From contig NC_057719.1 in assembly GCF_004010195.1 (NCBI RefSeq), forward strand, positions 4,433,464 through 4,497,463: DNA of 64,000 nucleotides, read 5' to 3'. This document shows positions 1 to 12,846 of the stretch, piece after piece (position 1 is the stretch's first letter; each line of letters opens with the position of its first letter). The translations under genes were made by a program, and so were the position numbers. This DNA is from Chiloscyllium plagiosum. Its lineage: Eukaryota. Under the pieces are notes generated by a model. It did not search any database. It saw nothing but the letters and a program-made list of their open reading frames with translations, and was not told the DNA's origin.

Positions 1-172
1 CACACACAGACTCACCCACACCCACTGACATAGGCACATCCCCACACACAGACTCACCTACACTCACAGGCACATACACACACAAACAAAGACAGACTGA
101 TCCACACCCACTGACACAGTCACTGACATAGGCATATACCATCACACACAGACTCATCCATACTCACTGACC
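1..172. repeat. Degenerate CA-rich simple repeat/minisatellite
   Basis: Repeated cacacacagactca and cactgacataggca units. Confidence 0.8.
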
Positions 173-624
173 CAATCAACAATGGCTAGGAAATTCCAGA
201 CTCTCATTGATTCAAATTTAATTTTCTGGATCCAGGTGCCCAAAGCATTCATTTTGCGGTCTCTGAATTATTAACCCAGCGACATTACACTACACCACCA
301 CCTTCTTCTGTTCCCAACTCTCTCATATGTTCACTTGAGAAAGACGATTAACTCGGCAAGACTGGGGTGTGTGGAATCTGCTGGTGGCAGGAGAGTTTCC
401 TGAAACAATGTTTTTTAGAAAATGAAAGGCGAACAGGCCACTTCAGAAATAATTGTGAGAAAGGAGCCAGCATTGTCAACAATCTGGTGGCAGTAACGAG
501 TGAAGCAAGCGATGGAGAAGGATCTCAGAGAAGGCCAGGTATTGGTGATGGTGCCTCTCAGACACAAACTGGTCAGGTTTAACTAGGCTGAGCTTTTAAC
601 AGATAAATCTACAGAAAAACAAGA

Positions 625-805
625 GGCATTTTGGTACAGTACAGAGTGTCATTAAGTGTCTTTTAAGATAGAGATAGATAGGTTCTTGATCCTTAAGGGG
701 ATTGAAGCTTATGGGAGAAGGCAGGAGAATGGGGTTGAGAAACATATCAGCCATGATCAAATGGTGGAGCAGACTCGATGGGCCGAATGGTCCAAATCTG
801 CTCCT
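625..805 (+). mobile_element. CR1-clade LINE 3' end fragment
   Basis: gagatagataggttcttg...cagccatgatcaaatggtggagcagactcgatgggccgaatgg...ctgctcct. The same tail recurs at ~19380 and in reverse at ~43310. Confidence 0.7.
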
Positions 806-1803
806 TACACCTCTTCCCACCCTATCTCTTGCAAAAATGCCCTCCCGTATTCCCAATTCCACCGCCTCCGCCGTATGTGCTCCCGGGAGGACCAGTTCCA
901 CCATAGAACACACCAGGTGGCCTCCTTCTTTAGAGACCACAATTTCCCTTCCCACATGGTTAAAGATGCCCTGCAATGCATCTCATCCACATCCTGCACC
1001 TCTGCCCTCAGACCCCACCCTCCAACTGTAACAAGGACAGAACGCCCCTGGTGCTCACCTTCCACCCTACAAACCTTCGCATAAACCAAATCATCCGCCG
1101 ACATTTCCNNNNNNNNNNNNNNNNNNNNNNNNNNNNNNNNNNNNNNNNNNNNNNNNNNNNNNNNNNNNNNNNNNNNNNNNNNNNNNNNNNNNNNNNNNNN
1201 NNNNNNNNNNNNNNNNNNNNNNNNNNNNNNNNNNNNNNNNNNNNNNNNNNNNNNNNNNNNNNNNNNNNNNNNNNNNNNNNNNNNNNNNNNNNNNNNNNNN
1301 NNNNNNNNNNNNNNNNNNNNNNNNNNNNNNNNNNNNNNNNNNNNNNNNNNNNNNNNNNNNNNNNNNNNNNNNNNNNNNNNNNNNNNNNNNNNNNNNNNNN
1401 NNNNNNNNNNNNNNNNNNNNNNNNNNNNNNNNNNNNNNNNNNNNNNNNNNNNNNNNNNNNNNNNNNNNNNNNNNNNNNNNNNNNNNNNNNNNNNNNGTTT
1501 CAAACTTCCAGCTCAGCACTGTCCCCTTGACTTGTCCGGACTTGTCCGACCTGCCTAGCTCCTTTTCCACCTATCCACTCCACCCTCTCCTCCCTGACCT
1601 ATCACCTTCATCTCCTCCCCCACTCACCCATTGTACTTTATGCTACTCTCTCCCCACCCCCCCCCTCCTCTAGCTTATCTCTCCACGCTTCAGGCTCTCT
1701 ACCTTTATTCCTGATGAAGGGCTTTTGCCCAAAAAGTAGATTTCGCTGCTCGTTGGATGCTGCCTGAATTGCTGTGCTCTTCCAGCACCATTGATCCAGA
1801 ATC
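806..1803 (+). mobile_element. Penelope-like element (post-RT thumb/linker region, gap, 3' end with hammerhead-like motif)
   Basis: Peptides YTSSHPISCKNALPYSQFHRLRRMCS and TPLVLTFHPTNLRINQIIRRHF are typical of PLE ORFs. The 3' end has ctgatgaagggcttttgccc at 1711. Confidence 0.8.
1109..1496. other. Assembly gap (N run) inside a PLE
   Basis: Run of N. Confidence 1.
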
Positions 1804-2788
1804 CTTTACTTTGTGGTCTAATAGAGCCCAAGATCCTAAAGAACAAACCTTCCACTTCTTCAGTTAAACAATCATCCGTCAAAACATGAGGCAAGTTCAA
1901 ATATAAAAGCAACAAGACATAGGATTTAGATGTTGGACTGGGACATGTCACCCTTCAAGCTCCCTCAATAGGATCATGACTGATCAAGTTGTGGCCTAAC
2001 CTTCAGCTTCCTTTGACTCCCTTCTCAATCAAAAATCTATCTCACTGAGGCTTGAATGAATTTATAGAGCCAGCCATCACTACCTTCTGAAGATAATTCC
2101 AGACTATCTGAGCGAAAAATCAATCTCTTCACCTCTGACTTAGTGGAAGTGATTTAATGAAAAGGCAAGGAAAATAGTAATCTGGGAGAGTGGGAGAGCC
2201 ATAGAAAGCAATAAAGCGGTGCAAAGAAAATATTGCAATGGATGTGGGTGCAGAGAGAGAGAAACTTCCACGTAATAAAGAAGCCAAAAGTATACGTTTT
2301 CTATATTGCAAAGTATGTCAAGAAGAGAGATGTGAGTTTATTAAATAGCAATAAATATAATTGTATAATAAAGCACGATGGCAATGCAAGAATTTTAAAA
2401 TGAGAAGTCAATATCCATTTCCACAACAGCAGAAAAGGATAAGGTACTCGTGATAGAAGAGGAACTATAAATAAATCCAAGGCAGCAACTTAATTAATTT
2501 AACTTAAATAACAAAACAGTAATGGAAAATATATTGTGACTCAGAAATAAATTTCAGAAATATGATCATTTCTGCCCAGTGGGCTTTAAATGAAGTGGGT
2601 GGGGAAATTATGGAGGTTTTAGCAAGTAATCTTTCAGAAGTTTGAGAATTATGATACTAGCAAGGAAATTTGTTGACCTCTCTCTGTTATTCTGTCTACC
2701 TGTCCTGCATCAGCTATGAGCAAGCTATTAGAATAGTTGAGAGCTGAGCAGAGAGAATCAGCACTGCTCTGATCAGAATGGCTTCAAG

Positions 2789-2893
2789 GAGCCGGTGTTG
2801 GACTGGAATGGACAAACATAGCAGCGCTCTGAAAGCTAGTGCCTCCAAATAAACCTGTCAGATTATAACCTGGTCTTGTGTGATTTTTAACTC
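2789..2893. mobile_element. Short PLE terminal fragment (GGAGC-AGC-GCTCC family), internally deleted fold-back form
   Basis: gagccggtgttggactgg followed by gcagcgctctgaaagctagtg...gatttttaact. Related to the copies at 14871, 20131, 32016 and 48846. Confidence 0.65.
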
Positions 2894-2934
2894 TAATATG
2901 AATGACAGCTTTGTTTATTTTCTTTTTGTGGAGG

Positions 2935-3420
2935 TCGCTCAGAAATTGCTGAAGAAACTCAACAGGTCTGGCAACATTTACGGAGAGAAAACAGTTAATA
3001 TTTTGAGTCCAGTGACCTTCCTTTAGAACTGGTAGCAGCTAGGAAAATGTGATATTAATGCTGCTGACAGTGCACTGGGTGGGGGGGAGGGAGGGAGCTA
3101 CATAGGTGATAATGGAGACTATGAGGGGGTACAAATGGGTTGACTGTGCTGAAAGCAATCCATTTCATTACAAGACCTGGAATGTGGGGCTGGATAGTAG
3201 ACATAGACACAGATGTTCATGCTCTGAAAGTGTTAAATTCTATATTGAATCTTGATGTTTGTCCCAAGCAGAAGATGAGGAGTTAGTCATCCAGCTTTCA
3301 TTGAGATGCACTGGAGATGGTTATTTATTTAGGAGGCTGGGCTGGAAGATGATTCACAGAAAGGTGAGGGTTATGGTTAACCTGCATATGACTGGTAAGG
3401 ACACACTAGAATACACTACT
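2935..3420 (-). mobile_element. Degenerate Penelope-like element 3' portion (GIY-YIG C-terminus plus terminal repeat)
   Basis: Minus strand reads KLDD*LLIFCLG..FNIEFNTFRA*, resembling a PLE endonuclease C-terminus. It is followed by the cagaaattgctg...caggtctggca terminal repeat also seen at 20040, 35250 and 36281. Confidence 0.55.
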
Positions 3421-4149
3421 TCAGTTTACAGCTCTGAATTAGTTTTACTGTACTTCATTCCAAGTTGAATCACGACTCCCAGTTTGTATGAGGAAAGGGT
3501 GGAAGCTATTCTCTAGGTTACAGCCGTGGAAGGAGGCAGTGTAGGCATCTGTCATGTATTTATAGGAGAGGGATTGGCATTGTGAGTGAGCCACTCATTT
3601 TAGAAGCTGCCAGACTGTCAATTCTATGAATTATGCAGTGTCTGTGCTGGGCTGCCACCGTATCTGCAATGAGGGTTTTCGTTCTGAGGATATACATCCA
3701 AAACTACTCCTGAACTTTACCTCAGCACCACATCCCACCACTTCTTCACCGTCTTGGATTTGTCATTGCTGCTTGCCTGACTTTCAGAGTTGAATGATGT
3801 GAAATTCTCTCAAAACTGTCCCCACCAACAACCCTATTCCATAGCCATCAACTTCATCCCTCTTCCTGCCTCCTGTCTGGGGCTTTACTGGACCACTTCA
3901 ACTCTTGAGACAGGCATCCGATCTTGTGTTCACACTGTCACTAAGACTGCCTGGTTGGACCCTGCCTCTGCACATCTGGAATAAGCCGAGTGGCTGTAAC
4001 AGTTCTGTGATATGCTACTTGAAGTTTTGTCTGTGATTTTATCTCCTTTAAATTTGACAATTCCAATGCACTTCCAGCATTCCATACCCCATGAACTTGA
4101 GCTCATTGAAAATTTTGTAACAAAACTTGCACCAAATCCAGTCATGGAG

Positions 4150-4530
4150 GAGGAGGGGTGACCTTATCAAAGTTTATAAAATCATGAGAGGCATGGATAG
4201 GGTGAATAGCAAGTGTCCTTCCCTTAGGCTGAGGGAATTAGAAGTGAGGAGGCATATTTTAAGGTGAGAGGGAAAGATTTAAAAAGAACATGAGAACCAA
4301 CACTTTTACATAAAGATTGGTATGTGTGGAATGAACTGCCAGAGGAAGTGACAGGTGCAGATACAGTTACAACATTCAAAACACATTTGGATAAGTATAT
4401 GTACAGGAAAGGTTGGAGAGATATGGGCTAGGAGCAGGCAGGTTGCTGTAGTTTAGTTTGGGATTATGGTGGGCATGGACTGCTTGAACTGAAGGCTCTG
4501 TTTCCATGCTGTATGACTCTATGACTCTAT
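4150..4530 (+). mobile_element. CR1/HER1-like LINE 3' end
   Basis: gaggggtgaccttatcaaagtttataaaatcatgagaggcatggatagg...ctgtatgactctatgactctat tail. Confidence 0.85.
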
Positions 4531-4683
4531 AACCCAGCACTGTTTTCACATTGGCTCCCAATTTGACAATACGTCAGTGTTGAAATTATCATCATTGGTC
4601 TTTATCAGTCATGGTCTAATTGACAAATCCAGATGTAAAATGAGTGGGACCTGATTTTCTTTTCTTCTTTCCTGTTGTGAAAG

Positions 4684-4943
4684 GATTAGAAGGGGCTGCT
4701 TCTGCCTATCTGTCCCCAGTTGCCCCTCAGGTGCTGCCCTATGTGAGTCTGGGGGCTCTATCCCGCACTGAACTGCAGCTTCTGAACCAGCTCCACTGCC
4801 GGAGGAAGCGTCGCCACCGAACCATCTTCACGGACGAACAGCTGGAAGCCTTGGAGAATCTCTTCCAGGAGACCAAGTACCCAGACGTAGGCACCAGGGA
4901 ACAGCTGGCCAGGAGAGTCCATCTCCGGGAGGAGAAAGTGGAG
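4684..4943 (+). CDS. gsc: Goosecoid-family homeobox gene, exon 2 (most of the homeodomain)
   Basis: Pyrimidine tract and AG at 4682-4683; GT donor (gtaaga) at 4944. Encodes (G)[86 protein letters not shown], the goosecoid signature. Exact orthology is uncertain. Confidence 0.95.
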
Positions 4944-4954
4944 GTAAGAGGAAA

Positions 4955-5372
4955 GGCAACTTCCTGTATTGATATAGCACCGTCTCGGAACGCTCCAAAA
5001 TACTTAACAGCCAATGAAGAATTTTGAAGGACTTTTCACTACTAATATGTCGGAAATATAGAGGCAATGTTTGCAAAGAAAAAGCAATGTGACATTATTC
5101 ATGCTCTCTTAATACTATTGTTGAAGGCCTAAAGATTAGGCATACCAGAGCTTAAGATAATGTTGCAGGATTTATTTTTACATGGATTTGAAAGGTTAAC
5201 TGAGGTCTCAGTTTATTCTCTGGTCTGAAAGTTGATCATCTCCGACAGTGTGTTGCTCCCTTTGAAATACACCATTATTTCCCATGTGGGTTATGTGCAC
5301 GATTCTCTGGAGTGGAGTTATGAAGCATAACCTTCTGGCTCAGAGTGCACGAGGGCTACCCACGGAGCATCT
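4955..5372 (-). mobile_element. Old DeuSINE (SacSINE1/AmnSINE1-like)
   Basis: Reverse-complement similarity to the clearer copy at 33120-33552 (cagccaatgaag, ctccgacagtg..ctccct, accttctggctcagag). Confidence 0.6.
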
Positions 5373-5824
5373 AAAGTAGGTTTCCCATTTCTATTCATTG
5401 GAAAGCTGATGAGTTGTGGAGTGGTATTCCCTATGTTACAATATGGAGATAGAGAACAGAACCAAATCTGCCTTCCTACCTCCATATTTGTAATACAGTC
5501 GAATTAAATCAATTAAGACCCTTAAACAGTCACTCCTATGGCTCCTAATACAACTTTTGAATAAGTAATTCCAGACTTTGCAAATAATTAATTTCCAGAT
5601 ACTGGTTTTGTATCTTAATCAAAAGATTTACCTTTTTTGTTAGATACACAATAGTTTTAGCATAGAGAAAATTAAAATACCTGGTAAGCTGATGTCTGTG
5701 CTTTAAAACCTGAAATATTTGCGTTCAGCTGCCATTCACACAAAAGATAGACAAACACAGGTAAGGGATAAAAGAAAATTTAAAAATTGGCCAGGTTACT
5801 TAAAATGGTCAATAAAAGTCAGGT

Positions 5825-5990
5825 CAGCAAAGTCGCACCAGACCGTAAGACCACTCTCTCAATAGATTTAACCTGAAAGTCTGACACGTCAGGCAAGGGG
5901 AAAGGTTGAGAAGGGGAGCCCTTTGTAGTAACCTCAGGAAATGTAGGCATTGCTCCACAGTGTACACTGGCCGTCCAGCTAACTGACCTT
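5825..5990 (-). mobile_element. Old tRNA-derived SINE fragment
   Basis: Reverse complement of the element at 22318-22530 (ggttgagaagg, gtaacctcag, ccagctaac). Confidence 0.5.
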
Positions 5991-6294
5991 TCTTACAAGG
6001 AATGGTGTCATACTGCAGATAAGCAGTAGAGGGTGAATCCCTGCAGTCACAAAGGAAGTGTTTGGTTGATGCTGTAACATTCTTGACCCTACACCAAGTG
6101 AAATATTTTCTTTGTATCTCTACCCTATCAACTTTTTTTTATCATTCCATACTCTTTGGTTGGATCAGTTCTCAGTCTTTGGTAGTCACAAGATACAAGC
6201 CAAATCTATCCAACCTATCCTATAACTTAAACTTTTCAAGGCATCAATATCAAACTCAATGGGTACAGAACAACTTCAATCCATGCAGATGGAA

Positions 6295-6598
6295 GATTAG
6301 ATTAGATTCCCTGTAGAGTGGAAACAGGCCCTTCAGCCCAACCAACCCTCTGAAGAGTAACCCACCCAGACCTATTTTCCTCTGACTAATGCACCTAACA
6401 CTATGGGCAATTTAGCATGACCAATTCACCTGACCTGCACATCTTTGGACTGTGGGAGAAAACCGGAGCACCCGGTGGAAACCCATGCAGACACGGGAAG
6501 AATGTGCAAACTCCACACAATCGCCCAAGGCTGGAATTGAACCTGAAACCCTGACACTGTGAGGCGGCAGAGCTAACCACTGAGCCACTGTGCCACCC
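6295..6598 (-). mobile_element. HE1/V-SINE-like tRNA-derived SINE
   Basis: Minus strand has the ggtggcacagtggctcagtggttagc A box and ggttcaattcc B box, the central tgtgtggagtttgcacattct block and a (tctaa)n tail. Confidence 0.9.
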
Positions 6599-9076
6599 AC
6601 TAGATAAAGGAATGTCTCAGCCCCTTCCAATAAACTGAGTTATGGGAAAGAGATGGGAGATATAGATCATGCAAGAGCACGGGTTGAATTTACTATCAAG
6701 GTGTGATGAGCTGATGGAATCTTGTTGGTCCAGAGCTCCAGTTGGAACATCATTGAGACAAGCCAATGCCTCCCTAAGTTCCAACATTGCTGTTGGTGGT
6801 TTAGACCTTATGTTGGCAACACGCATCTATAAAACGTGGCCTTGAGGGCTGTGGTGAACCAGTGAGGTTTTTCACAAGCTACAGTTTATCTGATTCATGT
6901 TTTTCGAAGTTAAGTAGGAAAACTTGTAGCAAAATTACACAAACAAAAGGAGGCTTACAGGTAACCTCCGTGTCAGGCCATATGTCCAATCTAGTCCTGG
7001 TCTCTGAGACACCAAGGGAAAACTCTGAGGCACTGGTGAAAATGCAGAAAAGAGACATGAAGCCAACTCCTGGAGTTAAAAGTCTAGGAGTTAAAAGACC
7101 TGGACTCTTCAACCCAGGAAAGAGGGATCTGAAAGGTGATCCAGTACATCGGGTAAGGAAAGGTAATTATTTTAAAATTAAATTGTCAGAAATACAACAA
7201 GGGAACTCCTACTCAAACAACTAAAATGTAAATTCCAATCTGATATGAATACAATCTTTATAAGAGTGACCAACATGTGGACTGATTCCTGGATTCAGTC
7301 ACTGAGGGAAAGTCACTGGATTGATGACAAATAGATTCTAAAAGGTCTCACTTTAGTATGGTTCATAATGGGATAGATTAGCTGTGCTTAATGTTCTTTA
7401 CATTTTTTCTTGTTATCTTTACTGATCTTAATGAAGCAATGATAAAACAGTAGGTTTGTTACAAAATTTACTCAAATCAGTGAGCTATTGTTTATTGTCT
7501 GTGTTAAAAACTGTATGTAAACATTAACAGAACCGTGGTTCTGTTCAACGCAGCTCTGGTTTTTCCCAGTGAATGATGGGACAATGGATCTCTTGTACAA
7601 CGGTCAGAGTTTTTATCTTATCCAGTAATTGAACTACTCTGTTTTATGAAAGTCTAGTTGTACTTGCTATTCAGTGAGAGATCAGACAATGAGTTTGTAT
7701 TATATTCAGAAATGATGTCTGCTGCAGATTAAGTTAATAGTAAAACATTTTATTTTCATCCATCTTGACTGTTAAAATCCTGGATTTTAAAACTATTCAC
7801 AATTATTTTGCTGTTAACTGGCTTTCACCCACACATTCTTATTCCTTGTTTTCTACTTCTGTGTGAGACTATATTCCAGGCAGTTTCAGTATACACAACC
7901 AAATCCTCCCAAAGTGTTCTGTTGAGACTCCCGAGTATGATTGTACTCTATTTTTGACATAAAAATTGTGTCTGGTGCAGTTCCCAAAGTGTTCCCTTGT
8001 ATCCTGTCCAGCAGATCACGCAAAATCTGTATTTGCCATAAAAAAGAACTATGTCTGTCACACTGTTGAAATATCCCAACATGCTTTGCCTTTGAAGGGC
8101 ATTCACATTTGTTTTGTTGACCCAGACGGTTCATGCAGTGCAAGACTTCACAGGAAGCAGATATGACAAACGACCAGTAAATCTGCTGAGGTGCTAAGCT
8201 GTGGATGTCAGCCAGGACTCTTCAGAGAACTTCACAATCTTCGTTGAGAAAGTGCCATGCAGTCTTTCACAATCATTGAAACAAGCTCATCGCATCCATG
8301 AGACACAATTCTGTCCCTCGGTACTGCACTGAGCTACCAACCTAGATTATCTACTTAAGTCATGGAGTAGTGCTTGAATTGTGAAACATTTTAACTCTGA
8401 GATGAGATTACTCCCACCTGGACAATTCAGAAATATGAAGCAGCCACGTTAACTTTAATCATTCAAGTGAGCCAAGCCAATGTTTGAGCATTTGCCCAAG
8501 CTGGATAAGGACATATTACATTCACTCTGTTTTTGATCTCTCTGTTTTTGATCTCTTTGCAATTTAGTTTCCTCATCCTCCTCTATCTTTGGAAGAGGTT
8601 CACTTCTTGCTGTCTCATTACATCGAATTAACAGCACATAAACTAATCATTCAATCGACTGGCCTAAATCACTTTTTAAGCTTCCTCCTAACTCTATTCA
8701 TCTCACCCAACCAGCATCCAAACTCTGTTCCTTTCCCACTCAAAAGCATCTCTGTCATTTTCCTTATCCATGTTGGTGGTAGTGAATTCTATATTCTAAC
8801 CACTGTGTAAACGTGATTCTCCTGAGTCTTGAATGGGGATTTGTTAGTGACTACTCCAAATTTATTTTCTCCCTCACACGGTAATGTTTCCTAACCCTAT
8901 CTTGTAAAATACCTTCATGAGTGTAAATACTTACATTGGGTCACCTTCTTGGTCCCTTTTCTGAAAAAACAGAGAGCCCCAACCTGTTCAGATTTTGCTG
9001 AAAATTCTTGGAATATAAAATAGGGCCACTGGAGATGGTTGAAGTGATCCATTGTCAGACACAACAGTCATCTCTC

Positions 9077-9413
9077 AGAATCCATACAGTGCAGAAAGAG
9101 CCCACTTGGCCCATCAAGTCTGCACTGACCCTCCAAAGAACATCCCACCCAGACCCAGCTCCCTACCTGATACTCACAGCCTCACATTTCCCATGGCTCA
9201 TCCACTGAGCCTGCACATCCCTGCACACTACGGACAATTTAGCACGGCCAACCCACCTAACCCACACACTTCCAGTGTGGGAGGAAACCAGAGCACTTGG
9301 AGGAAACCTACATACATACCAGGGAGAATGTGCAAACTCCACACAGTCACCCAAGGTCTGAATCAAACCCAGGCACATGACAGCAATGTTAACCACTGAG
9401 CCACCATGTTGCC
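9077..9413 (-). mobile_element. HE1/V-SINE-like SINE
   Basis: Same family motifs (gtgcaaactccacacag, taaccactgagccacc). Confidence 0.85.
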
Positions 9414-10831
9414 GTATCTCATTGTGATTTTGATCAGTGCAGCCTCAGGTTGTCTAAACTGGAAAGTCTATTCACCACATACTGTACATTGGCAATCCCA
9501 GTGGTCAGACATTACATTGTGGTCATGTTGGACCTTTCAGATGAATGTGGAAGATCCAAAGAAGAGTGGAGAGTTCTTCCTGGTGCCCTGGCCACTATTT
9601 ACCACTTAGATGAACTAATCATTCCCTCACTGAATGTGGAATCTTGCTGTGTGCAAATCAACTGTTGCATTTCCTTCAACATCGCATTTCAAAAGAACTT
9701 AATTGGCTGCGTAAAGGTTTGAAACATCCTGAAGCTTTACAAGGAATACCAACGTATTTTTCAAGTGCTTGGAGAGAGTCCAGAGAAGATTTATGATAAC
9801 AATACCAGGGATGATTAACTTTATCAGATGATTTCAAATTCATCTCCTTTGGGTGAAGTAGATTATGGAATGTTGTTTTGTCCTCTTATTTTCCTTGTCT
9901 TCTTCAAATCTTTTACAGACACGAGGGGGAATTAAAAAAAAATAGATTGAGTAATGAAATCAAACACGGAGCCAGAAATAGTATTGTGGGTGGACAAATA
10001 ATCACACCAAGAATTCTATGGATTAGCCCATTTTGACCTTTGACCCTCTCAGCTGATTGTGGATTGTGTTAAGATGTGAGATGAGGGTCAAACTCTTTTT
10101 CTCACTTGGGAGAAATTATCTAATTGCACACTTCATTTGAAAGAAAAGTATATTTACTTTCCATAAACAAATCAATCCTAATGCTGACATTTCCAAAGTT
10201 CAGCAACACTTGGGGATGTTAAAGCGAGAGCATTGCAAATGGAATAAATTCCTAATTCAGATAATTATCTTGGTAATCAGATTCCAAAAATTACATGAGG
10301 TTTTTCATCCACATGGTACTTTAGAATGAAAAATATGTAACAGGACTGAATGTCCCATAAGAGAGAGAATGCGTGTGTGAGAGTTTGTGAGTGTGAGTAT
10401 GTGCAAGTGAGTGAGTGTGATCTGGACTCCAGAGAGGAGAACGAACCTGTTAGTATGCTTCCTGTTAGGCTTTCTCAGATCCCAATAGGTTTCAATGAGA
10501 TCCGCTAAACTTGAGAATACCAACCCATTCGACTTAATTTCCCTTACAGGTCAATCACCTCATCTCAGGAATCAATTGAGAGAACGTATACTGTTGCCCC
10601 CTGTTAGGGACTGACATTCTGCCTTTGTTCCGTGTGCTCTCAGCAAAGCCCTGTACCATTGCAGCAAGATGCCTTTCTGTACTCCAGCACCCTCAAGATA
10701 AAAGCTATCTCATCACTTTCCTTTTTATGGTTTGCTGTAGTTAGGTGTTAACTTTCCACACTTCTTGTAAAAAGATAGACAAATCTCTCTGAACTCTAAT
10801 CCCTCTAATCGTTTCACATGTGAAAATAGTA

Positions 10832-11206
10832 CAGTAGCGCCTCGACTTACGAACTTAATCCGTTCCGGGACCCGGTTCGCGAACCAAAAAGTTCACGAAC
10901 TGAATCAATTTTTCCCATTGTTCGGATAGCGTAAGAATGCTTGGACCTAGCAACGAAAGCTGTTCACAGCGCACGTGCCAAAGATGAACTGAATGAGATC
11001 ACGCGGGGCCCGAGAGCTTTTGCGTTCAACAAGCGCGTAGCAAAGCAGAACAATGAAACCACGTGGTCACACACGGGCCTTTTGCATTCGTACCTTCGTT
11101 CGTACCTTGAATTTCGTACGTACGTTGAAGGAACATTTTACGTACAATCCTGTTCGTAAACTGATTTGTTCGTGAACAGGGTCGTTCGTATGTCGAGGCG
11201 CTACTG
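10832..11206. mobile_element. Tigger/pogo-type (Tc1-mariner) MITE
   Basis: 23-bp TIRs cagtagcgcctcgacttacgaac / gttcgtatgtcgaggcgctactg (1 mismatch), flanked by TA at 10830-10831 and 11207-11208. No transposase ORF. Confidence 0.9.
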
Positions 11207-11573
11207 TATTCCGGTTTTCTATTCTTTCCAACAAAGTGTGCAATTCCACTCCCCGACCTGCCTAAAAGGTTTACACTCAAGTTGCTACCTTTTTGTGCAC
11301 TCACTTGACTTGGCCATACTCCTTTGCGGGCTCTTTTTATCTCTCTCACAGCTTACTTTCCCCGAGCTTTGTACCATCAGCAAACTTCCGATATGTTGCA
11401 TCCAGTCTCTTCAGCAGTCATTAAAATAGATTATTATGATTTCAGCTGGTAATACTGATCCTTATATTCCCTGTGTGTTATATATATTGAAGCAATATGT
11501 TATATATTAGCAATATGTGTGTAGTTAATACAACAGATTATAAAATCTTAAACTGTAGAATAGAATTTGGTTT

Positions 11574-11917
11574 ATAGAATCCCGACAGTGTGGAGCAGAT
11601 CATTAGCCCATCTAATCCCCACTGACCCTCAAAAGAGCATCACATCCAGATCCATCCCCCTACCCTATAGCTCTGCATTGCCCATGGCTAACCCACCGAG
11701 CCGGCACATCCCTGGACATTATGGCCAATTTAGCATGGCCAATCCACCTAACCTGCACATCCTTGGTGGGAAGAAACCAGAGCACCCAGAGGAAACCCAC
11801 ACAGACACAGGGAAAATGTGCAAAGTCCACACAGTCAGTTGCCTGAGGCTGGGATCAAACCTGGGTCCCTGGCGCTATGTGGCAGCAATGCTAACCACTG
11901 AGCCACTGGGCCACCCC
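11574..11917 (-). mobile_element. HE1/V-SINE-like SINE
   Basis: Family motifs as above. Confidence 0.85.
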
Positions 11918-12846
11918 AAATATAATCCAGATAAATCCTCTAATCTGAATATTTGACTCCAGTGATGCTGCCTGTACCTTGTGTGAATCGGGTTATATTA
12001 ATCCTTTGTTAAGTTTGGGTTTTAAGAGTAAAGAAAGGATTGAGAAGTTGAAAAGACAATGTAATTGTGAAATTAGCTACCATGTACAGTGAGGTGGATA
12101 GTGAAGCTGGGGTTATTAAATGTGATTCAGGACTGAGAAATGATTCTGTAAGAGGATGGTAGGGTTGGTGAAATCTCTTATATAGTGAGACTTTCTCGTC
12201 ATGAAAATTCATATTTAGTGAAACAAAATGGGGTTTTCTCTCAGAGTGAGGCTGTCCTGCATTCAGCACATGGTTTGTGAGTTTACAGAAGTCTCTGCTT
12301 CTGGGATTGAGAAGGGTAAGTGAGAGTAAGTGAGGCCAAGGTTCCTTCTCTTGATAGTTCTCTCCCCTTGGCAGTATAGCGTCCCATGCACAGATATGTG
12401 TGAATATGGAAATGCATGTTTCTGCAGGTATTCCAAGAGACAAAAAGGCTGCATTGTGGTCTCAGCCCTCCAGGTGCACATGTATAGTATCAGTGTTTAA
12501 TAGTAATACGGACAATGTGAATTTATTACTAAATGAGAGGTCAACAGTTGGTGATTTACCAGCAAATCATGTGTTAATTAAAGCTCATTGGGAAACTGAT
12601 GTGTCCAAACTTTCAAATCTAAGAGGTGTTCAAAGTTGCAGGGTGCAGTTGGATGCAGCCTGAACTTGATAATTTAGCTTCTCCAGCTTGCACAGGCAAC
12701 CCTTGCTTAATCTTAGTGCAATCACCCCCCCTTTTGAGTTTTTAGACATAAAACAGTTAGTACTTTACACTCCAAGGGGAATCCGCTTTGCACTTTTCAC
12801 AGGGGGTTGTTGCTGAACCAACAAGAGGTTCTTTTCAAACACACAT

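Noticed and set aside
805..1570. Long ORFs spanning N runs (also 13498-14060 and 50351-51368)
   Set aside because: Length is an artefact of X codons across assembly gaps.
4644..4683. ORF-track start [13 protein letters not shown] as a real N-terminus
   Set aside because: This is the intronic polypyrimidine tract upstream of the AG acceptor.
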